64,000 nucleotides of DNA from Nitrospirota bacterium (GCA_963663225.1 OY760142.1:1019740-1083739), one strand, 5' to 3'; shown: positions 51,090-61,284, counted from the first letter of the stretch. Translations and numbers: made by a program. Notes: generated by a model from the sequence alone, not told the origin.

Positions 51090-51210
51090 CCGGCTGTATC
51101 CGCGCCATACAGCATCCGGGAAAGAACCCGATCCGCAAAAACAAAAGAATATAACCACCGTCTCATGCAAACATGCAGGTGCCGGTTTTTCATTTCTACA
51201 CGATACGCGT

Positions 51211-53865
51211 ATGAAAATACATGCTTTGACAACAAAAGAAGTCTTCCGCAGTCTGGTGACTTCCGGGCAGGGCCTTTCCGAGGAAGAAACAGAGCGGCGA
51301 CTCCACGAGTTCGGATTGAATGAGATTTCTGAAGTAAAAAGAAAAAATCTGCCCGCACGGCTTTTGGACCAATTCACCCACTTTCTCGCACTCGTGCTGT
51401 TATTTGCTGCGGGGCTTTCCTTTCTTTCCGAGTACCTGCGTCCCGGCGAAGGCATGCTCACCCTCGGCATTGCCATTCTTGCCGTCGTATTCATAAATGC
51501 ACTCTTCACCTTTATACAGGAATACCGCGCGGAAAAAGCTCTTGACGCCCTCAAAAAGCTCCTGCCTTTTTTCGTAACAGTCATCCGGCAGGGCCGGGAG
51601 CGGGAACTTCCCGCGCGCCACGTCGTGCCCGGCGACCTGATCCTGCTTACGGAAGGCTGCAAAGTTCCTGCGGACGCCAGACTCATCACGACTGCCGATC
51701 TGAAAGTGAACCATGCACCGTTGACCGGCGAATCAGAACCGGTCCTAAGAAATCATGAACCGTACCAGGGTGAATTTGCAGAAAGCCCCAATATCGTCTT
51801 CGCAGGCACAACGGTTGTCAGCGGATCCGGAAAAGCGATTGCGTTCGCGACCGGCATGGGCACGGAATTCGGGCGGATCGCGCATTTAACCAGCTCGATA
51901 GATGCGGGTTTGAGCCCGCTTCAGAAAGAACTCGCAAAAGCGACGCGGATTGCCGCAGGTATTGCCGCCGCAGTCGGCCTTTTCTTTTTTGTCCTTGGTT
52001 TCCTGATCGGACGGAGCTTCTGGGACAACTTCATTTTCGGCGTCGGCATCACCGTGGCACTCATTCCTGAAGGCATGCTGCCCACTGTCACGCTCGCTCT
52101 TGCCATGGGCAGCCAGCGTATGGCAAAGCGAAAAGCGTTGATAAAAACCCTTACCTCCGTTGAAACGCTCGGCTCGGTAACCGTAATCTGCACTGACAAA
52201 ACCGGGACCCTCACCCAGAACGACATGACGGCAACCACGGTTTGGGCGGACAACAGTATCTGTGAAATTTCCGATACGCTGCCCGAAGCCGCGCAGGACG
52301 TCATGCGGGCAGCCTTGCTCTGCAATAACGCACGGGTGATCGACGGCAACTATAAAGGCGATCCTACAGAGACCGCGCTGCTAAAGGCGGCACGAAAGGT
52401 TCTCGACGATATGCCGGCGGAACGATTGTTCGAAATTCCTTTTGATGCAGACCGCAAGATGATGACCACGGTCAACACCGTAGCCGGACGCTGCTTCATT
52501 TTTTCAAAAGGAGCGTTGGAAAAAATTTTGTCTCTTTGCACCCATATCCTGATACAAGGGTCCCGGCAGACACTGGACGAGAATAACCGTAAGCATGTGT
52601 TCGAGACGTATCATGCGCTGATGGACAAAGGGCTTCGGGTATTGGCGTTTGCTCAAAAAAGACCGGAGAACCAGGGACCGAAGGACAGCTGGAATAAGGA
52701 AATAGAAACAAATATGACCTTCCTGGGCCTCATTGGGCTTCATGATCCGCCGCGGCCCGAAGTACCCGAGGCTGTTGAAAAATGCAGACAAGCGGGCATA
52801 CGGATCATTATGATAACCGGCGACGCCGGCAGGACCGCGGCCGCCATCGCGCGGGAAATCAATTTGGTGCACGGTGCGCCTTTTGTCATCGAAGGACAGG
52901 AACTCGAGCAGATGTCCGACGGAACATTGAGAAAAACGCTCTCAGAGCAAGAAACCATTTTTGCCCGCATGGCGCCGAAGCACAAAATGCGCGTTGTGTC
53001 CCTCTTGAAAGAAGAAGGTGAAGTGGTGGCTGTGACCGGCGACGGCGTGAACGACGCTCCCGCGCTCAGGAAGGCGGACATCGGAATTTCCATGGGCATT
53101 GCCGGAACCGATGTGGCAAAAGAAGCTTCTGATATCGTGCTGCTGGATGACAATTTCGCCACGATCGTGAATGCCGTCGAGGAAGGACGGACGGTATATG
53201 AAAACATCAAAAAATTTTTAACGTATATTCTTGCGTCGAACATCCCCGAAGCCGTGCCATATCTCGCCTATATTCTGTTGAGAATTCCCCTGCCGCTCAC
53301 CATCATGCAGATCCTTGCCGTGGACCTCGGCACGGACATGCTGCCGGCGCTTGCCCTCGCCTCGGAAAAACCGACGCCCGGCATTATGAAAAAGCCTCCC
53401 CGGAAGCGGACAGAGCGTCTTCTGAGCGCTCCACTGATTGCGCGGGCATATCTATTTCTCGGACCGATAGAAGCAGTCGCGTGCATGTTCGGTTTTTTCT
53501 GGGTACTGGCAGGAAGCGGATGGGCATGGGGAACTGCAACTGTATTGAATGACCCACTCTATATACAGGCAACGACGGCATGCCTGACCGCGATCATCAT
53601 CACCCAAACGGCAAACGTATTCGCCTGCAGATCGAGAGATGAATCGTTTTTCAGCACCGGTTTTTTCTCGAACAGGCTCATCTTCCTTGGAATCGCGGTC
53701 GAACTTCTGCTGCAGCTCTTTATAGTCTACCACCCGTTGGGCAACAGGATATTCTCTACCGCTCCTCTTTCGCCTGAAGCTTGGCTCGTTCTTGTCCCGT
53801 TTGCTTTCGTTCTCTTTTTTGCTGAGGAAACCAGAAAGTTCATTTTCCGCCGCATGAAAACCTGA
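51211..53865 (+). CDS. P-type ATPase with P2C (Na/K/H-ATPase-like) membrane motifs
   Basis: TGES, ALIPEGMLPTVT, DKTGTLT, MITGD, TGDGVNDAPAL, ILASNIPE, AVDLGTDMLPA. Confidence 0.88.
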   Translation: MKIHALTTKEVFRSLVTSGQGLSEEETERRLHEFGLNEISEVKRKNLPARLLDQFTHFLALVLLFAAGLSFLSEYLRPGEGMLTLGIAILAVVFINALFTFIQEYRAEKALDALKKLLPFFVTVIRQGRERELPARHVVPGDLILLTEGCKVPADARLITTADLKVNHAPLTGESEPVLRNHEPYQGEFAESPNIVFAGTTVVSGSGKAIAFATGMGTEFGRIAHLTSSIDAGLSPLQKELAKATRIAAGIAAAVGLFFFVLGFLIGRSFWDNFIFGVGITVALIPEGMLPTVTLALAMGSQRMAKRKALIKTLTSVETLGSVTVICTDKTGTLTQNDMTATTVWADNSICEISDTLPEAAQDVMRAALLCNNARVIDGNYKGDPTETALLKAARKVLDDMPAERLFEIPFDADRKMMTTVNTVAGRCFIFSKGALEKILSLCTHILIQGSRQTLDENNRKHVFETYHALMDKGLRVLAFAQKRPENQGPKDSWNKEIETNMTFLGLIGLHDPPRPEVPEAVEKCRQAGIRIIMITGDAGRTAAAIAREINLVHGAPFVIEGQELEQMSDGTLRKTLSEQETIFARMAPKHKMRVVSLLKEEGEVVAVTGDGVNDAPALRKADIGISMGIAGTDVAKEASDIVLLDDNFATIVNAVEEGRTVYENIKKFLTYILASNIPEAVPYLAYILLRIPLPLTIMQILAVDLGTDMLPALALASEKPTPGIMKKPPRKRTERLLSAPLIARAYLFLGPIEAVACMFGFFWVLAGSGWAWGTATVLNDPLYIQATTACLTAIIITQTANVFACRSRDESFFSTGFFSNRLIFLGIAVELLLQLFIVYHPLGNRIFSTAPLSPEAWLVLVPFAFVLFFAEETRKFIFRRMKT

Positions 53866-53933
53866 TTTCAACCAGTGTTTTGAACGGCTATATGATATAC
53901 TGAAAATAACGCGCTTTTCCCACGGGAGGTTGC

Positions 53934-54716
53934 ATGCTGGTAATCGCCGAGAATCTCAATATACGAAACACGGACTATGCGGATGCGCTCAAAAAAAACG
54001 ACTGGAAAACAGTCACGGCCATGGCAAAAGAACTTGCTTCGGCAGGCGCGGAAGCAATCAACGTCCAGGTTTCTACAGACGGTGTGGACGACGAGAATGC
54101 GCTCCCTCTCGCGGCCGAGGCGGTTCAACTGGGCGCCGGCCTTCCCTTATGCCTCGATTCACGCAACATAGCGGCGCTCAGAAAGACCGTGCCGGTCTGC
54201 AGCCAGCCGCCGATCATCAACTACCTCTCCGGGGATGAAAAAAACGCCGGAGAAATGCTGGCGCTGGTGCGGGAAACCGAGTCGAACCTCGTGATCCGTG
54301 CGCTGAAGGGGACTGTTCCCCTGACGCTCGAGGACAAGCTCATGGTCCTCGAAGATCTCCTCGAAAAAGCGAACGCGGCAGGCGTCCCGAATGAATGCCT
54401 CTTTGCGGATCCTTCAGTCGTGCATATCGGCGACGGTATGGGGCAGGAACATCTCCTGAACGCACACGAAAGCATCGTTGTTCTGAACGGAATGGTTGAT
54501 CCTCCGCTTAATACCATTGTCTGGCTGTCGAACATAACGACCGGTCTTCCGAAAAAAATAGCGTCGGTTGTGGCCTCTGCATACCTCAGCTACCTCGCCG
54601 GTGCAGGCCTGCACGCCGCCCTGCTGAATGTAAAAGACGCGGACGTGATGAAAACCGTTTATCTGATCAAGGCGTTCCGCGACGAAGTCGTTTTTACACC
54701 GGCTGATATGGCGTAG
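53934..54716 (+). CDS. Pterin-binding TIM-barrel protein, AcsE/MeTr-like, divergent
   Basis: IAENLN, LCLDS, IINY, FADP, LSNI; SD GGAGG. Confidence 0.75.
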   Translation: MLVIAENLNIRNTDYADALKKNDWKTVTAMAKELASAGAEAINVQVSTDGVDDENALPLAAEAVQLGAGLPLCLDSRNIAALRKTVPVCSQPPIINYLSGDEKNAGEMLALVRETESNLVIRALKGTVPLTLEDKLMVLEDLLEKANAAGVPNECLFADPSVVHIGDGMGQEHLLNAHESIVVLNGMVDPPLNTIVWLSNITTGLPKKIASVVASAYLSYLAGAGLHAALLNVKDADVMKTVYLIKAFRDEVVFTPADMA

Positions 54717-54741
54717 AGGCACTCCGCTCCCGCTTGCTGCT

Positions 54742-55614
54742 ATGATGAGCCCTGCAGTGAATGTTCATCCTGAAAATACAGATGACGAGCTTTCGTATCT
54801 GAGAAGTGAAATCAAACGATTACGTGCGGCGCTTCGCCAAAAAGGGCCGGCGCTTGCAATGCTGTTGCGGCACAGGGGGTTTTTCATTTACAAAAAAGAC
54901 CCCCTCGACGATGTGCTCGTCCCGGCAGACAATCTTCTCGATTACTATTACCAAATGCTTCATAAATATTCCTTTCGCCTTTTTCTCCGCGATGTGCTCA
55001 AACATCAGGAATTTTTTACTATCAGCCAGGTAGCGCGGTATGCCACCCCGGATATTGTTCGAGGCTATCTCGACTATCTGGTGTCTGCCGGCCTTGTCAA
55101 AAAACAGAGGCAAGGTTATGCTCTCGCACGGCCGCCGATCCGGAGTTTTGGCCCGACGCTTGAATGGTATCTGGCGGAAGTGTTTAAACGCGAGTTCGGT
55201 TCAGAAGCGTTCTGGGGGATAAAATTCAGGGGACGGGGAGTTGGGGGAGACTACGACGTAATTGCCTGCATCGAAAAATCACTTTTTTATGCGGAAGTAA
55301 AAGCCTCGCCGCCGAAGCATATCTTCAAAACTGAAATCGCCGCTTTTATAGATCGCGTTCTCGATCTTTCCCCGGATGCCGCGATTTTTCTTATGGATAC
55401 GGAGCTGCGGATGAAGGATAAGATCGTTCCGCTGTTTGAACACGAAATGGAGAATCGGTTTTCGAGTCCTCCGCCAATCGAGCGTCTGGAGCATGAGCTG
55501 TTCCACATTCGGAACAGAATCTTTATCCTTAATGCAAAAAGAAGCATCGTCCGCAACATAGAGCAGGTGGTGCGCAGGCATTTTCAGGAAAGCATTTCCG
55601 CCAGCCTGCATTGA
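54742..55614 (+). CDS. Hypothetical protein with wHTH-like segment and PD-(D/E)xK nuclease-like motif
   Basis: LEWYLAEVF, GGDYDVIA, YAEVKAS; helical segment before YLDYLVSAGLVKK. Confidence 0.6.
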   Translation: MMSPAVNVHPENTDDELSYLRSEIKRLRAALRQKGPALAMLLRHRGFFIYKKDPLDDVLVPADNLLDYYYQMLHKYSFRLFLRDVLKHQEFFTISQVARYATPDIVRGYLDYLVSAGLVKKQRQGYALARPPIRSFGPTLEWYLAEVFKREFGSEAFWGIKFRGRGVGGDYDVIACIEKSLFYAEVKASPPKHIFKTEIAAFIDRVLDLSPDAAIFLMDTELRMKDKIVPLFEHEMENRFSSPPPIERLEHELFHIRNRIFILNAKRSIVRNIEQVVRRHFQESISASLH

Positions 55615-55662
55615 GCGCATGCGAAGGCGTATGCCGCTCTTATCAGGTCCGTTAAAATAGCC

Positions 55663-55692
55663 TTGACAGAATTTGCCCTGTTCTGGTACTGT
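55663..55692 (+). promoter_or_regulatory. Sigma70-type promoter upstream of the riboswitch
   Basis: TTGACA (55663-55668), 18 nt spacer, TACTGT, with an extended -10 TG. Confidence 0.65.
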
Positions 55693-55700
55693 TTCCTCGT

Positions 55701-55813
55701 GTAAAGGGGAGTAGCTGTCACAACTGTATCGTCAACACGCCGGATGGAATGAGAGCTCTTTTCCGTCCTGCCGGTACTCTTGGCCAGGGATGCCTGGTAA
55801 GCAAGACCTTTGC
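55701..55813 (+). ncRNA. yybP-ykoY (Mn2+-sensing) riboswitch aptamer
   Basis: AAAGGGGAGTAGC...TCGTCAACACG...CCGGT...GCAAGACCTTTGC, the family signature strands, in the 5' leader of a P-type ATPase. Confidence 0.9.
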
Positions 55814-55865
55814 TCGGTGAACATGCTGGAACTGCCAGTACTCATCGGGGAAAGGTTTTTTTTTT
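55806..55865 (+). terminator. Riboswitch expression-platform terminator
   Basis: ACCTTTGCTCGGTGA pairs with TCATCGGGGAAAGGT, followed by a T10 run; its 5' arm is the aptamer P1 3' strand. Confidence 0.82.
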
Positions 55866-55928
55866 GCCCTTTATTGAGTTGCAGATGATCCGGCAGTGTT
55901 CTCCAATGAACGCTCGACGGAGGAAATC

Positions 55929-58607
55929 GTGAAATTGCACCAAATGCATATCGATCAGGCATTGATGGAGCTGCATTCAACTTCCCAGGGAATAGCGGAG
56001 AATGAAGCGCGGAATCGGCTTATGCAATATGGTCCGAATGAACTCCAGGAAAAAAAGAAAAAAACTCCTCTCCGCATGTTTCTCGATCAGTTCACGGATT
56101 TCATGATTCTGGTGCTCATTGTCGCGGCAATCATCTCCGGCATTATCGGAGAAGCGTCCGATACGATCGCAATAATGGTAATCGTCCTTCTCAATGCCGC
56201 CCTTGGATTCAGCCAGGAATATCGCGCGGAACGCGCCATGGCCGCTCTGAAAAAAATGGCGTCGACTTCAGCAACAGTTGTCCGCAACGGTCAATACCGC
56301 ACGGCGGCTTCATCGGAGCTGGTACCCGGCGATGTGGTCATCCTCGAAGCGGGACACATTATTCCCGCAGACATGAGGGTCCTTGAAGCCGTGCGCCTGA
56401 AGGTGGACGAGGCCGCTCTGACCGGCGAATCCATGCCTGCCGAAAAACAAACGGAAGCCATGCATGATGAAAATCTTCCTCTCGGCGACAAAAAAAATAT
56501 GCTGTTTAAAGGCACCTCCATCACGTACGGCAGAGGGAAAGGCCTGGTAACAGCGACAGGCATGAAAACGGAACTCGGCAGAATCGCGGCCATGCTCCAG
56601 CAGGAAGAGGCGGGAAAAACGCCTCTCCAGAAGCGGCTCGCAAACTTCGGCACACGCCTTGCCGTTGCCATACTCATTATCTGCGGGATTATTTTCGCGG
56701 CCGGAATTCTCCGTGGCGAGGAACCGCTCGGCATTTTTTTGGTGGCCGTCAGCCTTGCCGTCGCTGCAATTCCGGAAGCACTGCCTGCGGTGGTCACGAT
56801 TTCTCTTGCGATCGGCGCTAGAAAAATGGTGCAGCGAAACGCTCTGATCCGGAAACTTCCCGCTGTCGAGACGCTCGGCTCCGTCACCTACATCTGTACC
56901 GACAAGACCGGAACCCTTACGCTTAACCGCATGACCGTGGAAGAGATGTGGGTGGATGGTGAACTGATTCAGATATCGGATTCTGCCGCGCCCAATAGAC
57001 AGCGCCGGCATCCTCTCTTCCAGGACCCGTATTCCCTCTTCTGCACCGCCCTTGCGCTCTCAAATGACGCGCGCTTCGACTCATCCGGAAACGCCATCGG
57101 AGATCCCACGGAAACCGCGCTGCTTGTCGCCGCGCGTGCGAACGGCTTTGATAAACAGGCGCTGGAAGCGGACTTTCCTCGCATCGCAGAGCTTCCCTTC
57201 GATTCAGAGCGAAAGCTTATGACGACGATCCATAGAATAATGCAGCCGGCGGAACCCGGAAAAGTGCCTGCCTGTGTATCATTTACCAAAGGAGCCGTGG
57301 AGGAGCTCCTTGGCAAATGCCGCGGTATGATAACGTCGCGGGGAGTACAACCGCTGGACGAAAAAGAAATAACCGGTCTCACCAGCCGCATTGCTGCAGA
57401 TGGACTGCGGGTCATGGCAATCGGCATGCGCATGTGGCAAGACGCCCCTGACGTTGTATCGCATAAAAATATAGAACAGCACCTGTTGCTTCTCGGTTTT
57501 TTTGGAATGATGGACCCTCCCCGAGAGGAGGCAAAAGAAGCTGTTGCACTCTGCAAAACAGCAGGCATCACGCCGGTAATGATAACCGGGGATCATCCCC
57601 TGACTGCGAAAACCATCGCTCTGCGGGTCGGTATTTTGGAAAAGGATGAACCCGGTGAAGTCCTCACCGGCGCCGAACTTGACGCACTTTCGCTTGAAGA
57701 ATTCGAGAAACGAGTCGAATCCATTCGCGTATATGCCCGGGTGGCCCCGGAGCAGAAACTGAAAATTGTACGCGCACTTCAGAGCAAGGGGCACTTTGTG
57801 GCCATGACCGGGGATGGTGTAAACGATGCTCCTGCACTAAAACGTGCGGACATCGGCGTCGCCATGGGGATTACCGGCACTGATGTCGCCAAGGAAGCGT
57901 CATCCATGGTGCTGCTGGACGATAATTTTGCCACAATGGTCAGGGCGGTCAGGGAAGGTCGGCATATTTATGACAATATCCGGAAAGTCATCCGGTATCT
58001 CCTGGCCACGAATTCAGGAGAAATATGGACCTTGTTCCTCGCGCCGTTCGTCGGCCTTCCCATACCGCTTTTGCCGATCCATATACTCTGGATTAACCTG
58101 CTGACCGACGGCCTTCCCGCCCTTGCGCTCACCAGAGAACCGGAGGAAGGCGATACCATGAAGAGACCGCCGCGTCATCCCCAGGAGAACCTTTTTGCCG
58201 GCGGGCTTGGCTTCTTTGTGATCTGGATCGGCCTTCTTATGGCGGGGATTGTTCTTTCGCTTCAGGCCTGGGCGCTGTATACCGGCGATGCCCATTGGCA
58301 AACCATGGTCTTTACCGTACTCTGTTTTCTCCAGCTGGGACAGGTTCTGGCCGTTCGATCGGAGAAGGAATCGCTGTTCACTCAGGGCCTCTTCACGAAC
58401 AAACTCCTTCTGTGGAGCATTACCGCCGCGATAGTACTCCAACTCTGCACGATTTATGTTCCGGTCCTGAATTCTGTTTTTAAAACGCAACCGCTTTCCG
58501 CCGCGGAATTGGCTTTGACTCTTGCGCTGTCGACAATCGTTTTCTTTGCCGCAGAAATTGACAAATGGTTCCGGAGAAAAAAATCCGGCAGCTCAAAAGT
58601 ACCGTGA
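55929..58607 (+). CDS. P2A-type (SERCA/YoaB-like) cation-exporting P-type ATPase, probably Mn2+/Ca2+
   Basis: TGES, VAAIPEALP, DKTGTLT, ATNSGE, WINLLTDGLPALAL; GGAGG before GTG 55929; riboswitch upstream. Confidence 0.9.
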   Translation: MKLHQMHIDQALMELHSTSQGIAENEARNRLMQYGPNELQEKKKKTPLRMFLDQFTDFMILVLIVAAIISGIIGEASDTIAIMVIVLLNAALGFSQEYRAERAMAALKKMASTSATVVRNGQYRTAASSELVPGDVVILEAGHIIPADMRVLEAVRLKVDEAALTGESMPAEKQTEAMHDENLPLGDKKNMLFKGTSITYGRGKGLVTATGMKTELGRIAAMLQQEEAGKTPLQKRLANFGTRLAVAILIICGIIFAAGILRGEEPLGIFLVAVSLAVAAIPEALPAVVTISLAIGARKMVQRNALIRKLPAVETLGSVTYICTDKTGTLTLNRMTVEEMWVDGELIQISDSAAPNRQRRHPLFQDPYSLFCTALALSNDARFDSSGNAIGDPTETALLVAARANGFDKQALEADFPRIAELPFDSERKLMTTIHRIMQPAEPGKVPACVSFTKGAVEELLGKCRGMITSRGVQPLDEKEITGLTSRIAADGLRVMAIGMRMWQDAPDVVSHKNIEQHLLLLGFFGMMDPPREEAKEAVALCKTAGITPVMITGDHPLTAKTIALRVGILEKDEPGEVLTGAELDALSLEEFEKRVESIRVYARVAPEQKLKIVRALQSKGHFVAMTGDGVNDAPALKRADIGVAMGITGTDVAKEASSMVLLDDNFATMVRAVREGRHIYDNIRKVIRYLLATNSGEIWTLFLAPFVGLPIPLLPIHILWINLLTDGLPALALTREPEEGDTMKRPPRHPQENLFAGGLGFFVIWIGLLMAGIVLSLQAWALYTGDAHWQTMVFTVLCFLQLGQVLAVRSEKESLFTQGLFTNKLLLWSITAAIVLQLCTIYVPVLNSVFKTQPLSAAELALTLALSTIVFFAAEIDKWFRRKKSGSSKVP

Positions 58608-58798
58608 AAAAACGGCTGACAATCACCCGGCATGACACTGCTAAGTTGCAATACGACTTTTGGACGATTTTTTCGAACAGCAATATCCGTTACGGTTACA
58701 GCGGATGTGGTTTTTCATACAGCGCGTGAACAAGTTGTTGAAAAAAACTTCTCCTAACGGTACAATTCAACTATCAATTCAAGAGGAATGAAATACTT

Positions 58799-59545
58799 AT
58801 GATAGACCTTGGTTTTTTCGGACATATCAGTTTTGACTGGGCATTCTGGTCGAGTTTTTTCAGCATCGTTCTCGTTAACATTATTTTGTCGGGAGACAAT
58901 GCCGTGGTCATCGCCATGGCGGTCCGCAACCTTCCGAAGGAGCTCCGCAAAAAAGGCATCCTGTACGGTGCCGGCGCTGCCGTTCTGCTCAGGATTGTGT
59001 TCACCTTTTTCGTTGCACAACTGCTTGCCATGAGCTATGTGAAGTTGGTTGGCGGCGCCATAATCCTCTGGATAGCGATAAAGCTTTTTGTGGAAGATGA
59101 GGAAGGCGGCGAGGGAAGCCATCTTGAAACAACCACGATCTGGAGCGCGGTCAGACTCATTCTGATCGCCGATATCACCATGGCGCTCGACAACATGCTT
59201 GCAGTGGCCGCATGCTCCCAGGGAAACCTCTTTTTGCTCATCATCGGTCTCGGGCTGAGCATTCCCCTGGTCGTTTTCACCAGCAGCCTGTTGACGACCC
59301 TTATGGACAAATACCCAATTATCATTTATATCGGCGCAGCGATTCTGGGAAAAGTCGGCGGCGAAATGATGATTACCGACCAGGTGGTTAAACAATTTAT
59401 TCCGGTAAACGATGTTATCGTTTACTCCGTCGAGGCCTTTTTTGCCGTGGCTGTTATTATCGCAGGAAAGCTCTACCTGAAGTGGACAGCCTTAAAAAAG
59501 GAACGCAAGTCAGTTCCGCTCACCATTGGTGATGATCATCCGTAG
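58799..59545 (+). CDS. TerC family membrane protein (YjbE-like)
   Basis: VNIILSGDNAVVIAMA, ILIADITMALDNMLAVAA, IGLGLSIPL, GAAILG. Confidence 0.92.
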   Translation: MIDLGFFGHISFDWAFWSSFFSIVLVNIILSGDNAVVIAMAVRNLPKELRKKGILYGAGAAVLLRIVFTFFVAQLLAMSYVKLVGGAIILWIAIKLFVEDEEGGEGSHLETTTIWSAVRLILIADITMALDNMLAVAACSQGNLFLLIIGLGLSIPLVVFTSSLLTTLMDKYPIIIYIGAAILGKVGGEMMITDQVVKQFIPVNDVIVYSVEAFFAVAVIIAGKLYLKWTALKKERKSVPLTIGDDHP

Positions 59546-59580
59546 CCATCCAAGCGGCAGAAGTTTCCAGTGAGACCGGT

Positions 59581-60522
59581 ATGATACTGATAACGGGAGG
59601 AACGGGGTTTGTAGGAAGACATTTCGTCCAGCGCGCGCGTGCGGAAGGCATTGCAGTCCGGGCTCTCATCAGGGACCCGAGAAAAGCGCAGGCACTCAAA
59701 AATCTGGATGTGGACCTTGTACAGGGCGACATTTCCGACAAGAGTGCGCTTGAGTCCGCAGCTGTGGGGGCGGACAGTGTTGTGCATCTCGTCGGAATAA
59801 TCCAGGAAGCGCCGCACGTTACGTTTCAAGACATTCATGTTGAGGGCACACGAAGCGTTCTTAATGCCGCGCAAGCGAGCGGGGTTCGTTTCTTTCTTTA
59901 TCTCAGCGCTCTCGGCGCCAGACCGGACGCAGCGAGCACGTATCATAAAACCAAGTGGGGTGCGGAGGAATTGGTGCGCAAAAGCGGCATCCCGTTCTCC
60001 ATCGTGCGTCCCTCGCTCATTTACGGAAATAACGACGGATTTACCACCCGATTGACTGAGGCAATCAAGCTTTCACCGTTTCTTCCGATTATCGGATCCG
60101 GGCAGTCCAGGGTTCAACCCATTTCCATCGACGATGTCGTTTCCTGCATGCTGAAAGCAGTGACGGATCGCGCCGTGCTGAACGCAACGTATGAAATCGG
60201 CGGCCCTGAGCAGTTGACCTACCAGGAGATAACGGTTGCCCTTGCGAATGCCATGGGGATACATCGACCGGTTTTGCACCTGCCGCTCCCGCTCATGCGA
60301 GTAGCAGCCAGGCTGCTTGAGCTGGCGTTGCCCGTGCCGCCACTGACCACCGATCAGCTTACCATGCTTCAGGAAAACAACATCTGCGACATGCGGGACA
60401 TCCGTGAAGTCTTCAGGGTTGAACCGGTCACCTTCCGGGAAGGGCTGGCCGCACTTTTTAAAGGATCTCATCAGCCGTGCAAAAAACCCGGTTCCTGCGA
60501 AAGAAAAGGAGCGCGCTTGTGA
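59581..60522 (+). CDS. NAD-dependent epimerase/dehydratase, NDUFA9-like atypical SDR
   Basis: ITGGTGFVG, YHKTKWGAEE, RPSLIYG, QPISIDDV, YEIGGPE. Confidence 0.88.
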   Translation: MILITGGTGFVGRHFVQRARAEGIAVRALIRDPRKAQALKNLDVDLVQGDISDKSALESAAVGADSVVHLVGIIQEAPHVTFQDIHVEGTRSVLNAAQASGVRFFLYLSALGARPDAASTYHKTKWGAEELVRKSGIPFSIVRPSLIYGNNDGFTTRLTEAIKLSPFLPIIGSGQSRVQPISIDDVVSCMLKAVTDRAVLNATYEIGGPEQLTYQEITVALANAMGIHRPVLHLPLPLMRVAARLLELALPVPPLTTDQLTMLQENNICDMRDIREVFRVEPVTFREGLAALFKGSHQPCKKPGSCERKGARL

Positions 60523-61139
60523 AGCTTTCGTCTATCGGTATTGTGTTTTTATCACTGTTCGTTTTATGTTTTGCGCTGTTGTGCCCTCTTACTTCTTATG
60601 CAAGCCTCTCTGATATTCCTCTTGAATGGAGGCCGACGGATCCAATCGGCTCCTACGATCCCATTGATCTCGCTGCATACCGTCACGCCGCCTTTGTCAT
60701 CAAACCATTCAGGGATATGCGGAAAAACACCGCGGAAATCGGCGCTAATGTAGAAGCACAATCATCCAACCGCGATTTGCGCGTCACCACCAAGGACAAT
60801 GTTGCCGTATGGCTCACCGATCAATTCGGGAGCATTCTGAAGGAATTCCGGATAACCGTTGTTAAAAGCCAGGGAACGCTGACACTGGAAGCCGACGTGA
60901 CCACGTTTTTCGTAACGGAGAAATCAATGTACCAAGCCGAGGTCGCTCTCAAAGTCCGGCTGAAGGCAAAAAACAATACTGTGGTCTGGAGCGGCACGAC
61001 GAGCGGAAGTGCGTCCCGTTTCGGCCATTCCTATAAAGCGGAAAATTATTATGAAGCCCTGAGCAATGCGACTGTCTCCGCGGTGCACGGTCTTCTGAAA
61101 AACGAGTCTTTCGTCCAGGCAGTGCGAAAAAATAAATAG
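60519..61139 (+). CDS. Exported hypothetical protein (YajG-like alpha/beta fold possible)
   Basis: GTGA overlap with the previous gene; signal-like N-terminus; alternating beta-strand pattern and C-terminal helix. Confidence 0.6.
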   Translation: MKLSSIGIVFLSLFVLCFALLCPLTSYASLSDIPLEWRPTDPIGSYDPIDLAAYRHAAFVIKPFRDMRKNTAEIGANVEAQSSNRDLRVTTKDNVAVWLTDQFGSILKEFRITVVKSQGTLTLEADVTTFFVTEKSMYQAEVALKVRLKAKNNTVVWSGTTSGSASRFGHSYKAENYYEALSNATVSAVHGLLKNESFVQAVRKNK

Positions 61140-61284
61140 CCGGGCACTCGTGTATTTTCCATGATTTTTCCTGCACTTCTGTTTCCCTGACCACAAGCCT
61201 TTCAGAATCAAAGAATCGCGCTGGTTAACAAAATATCATCGGCTGTTATTCGAAACATTTCCTTTCGACGGTTATATGTTTTCC

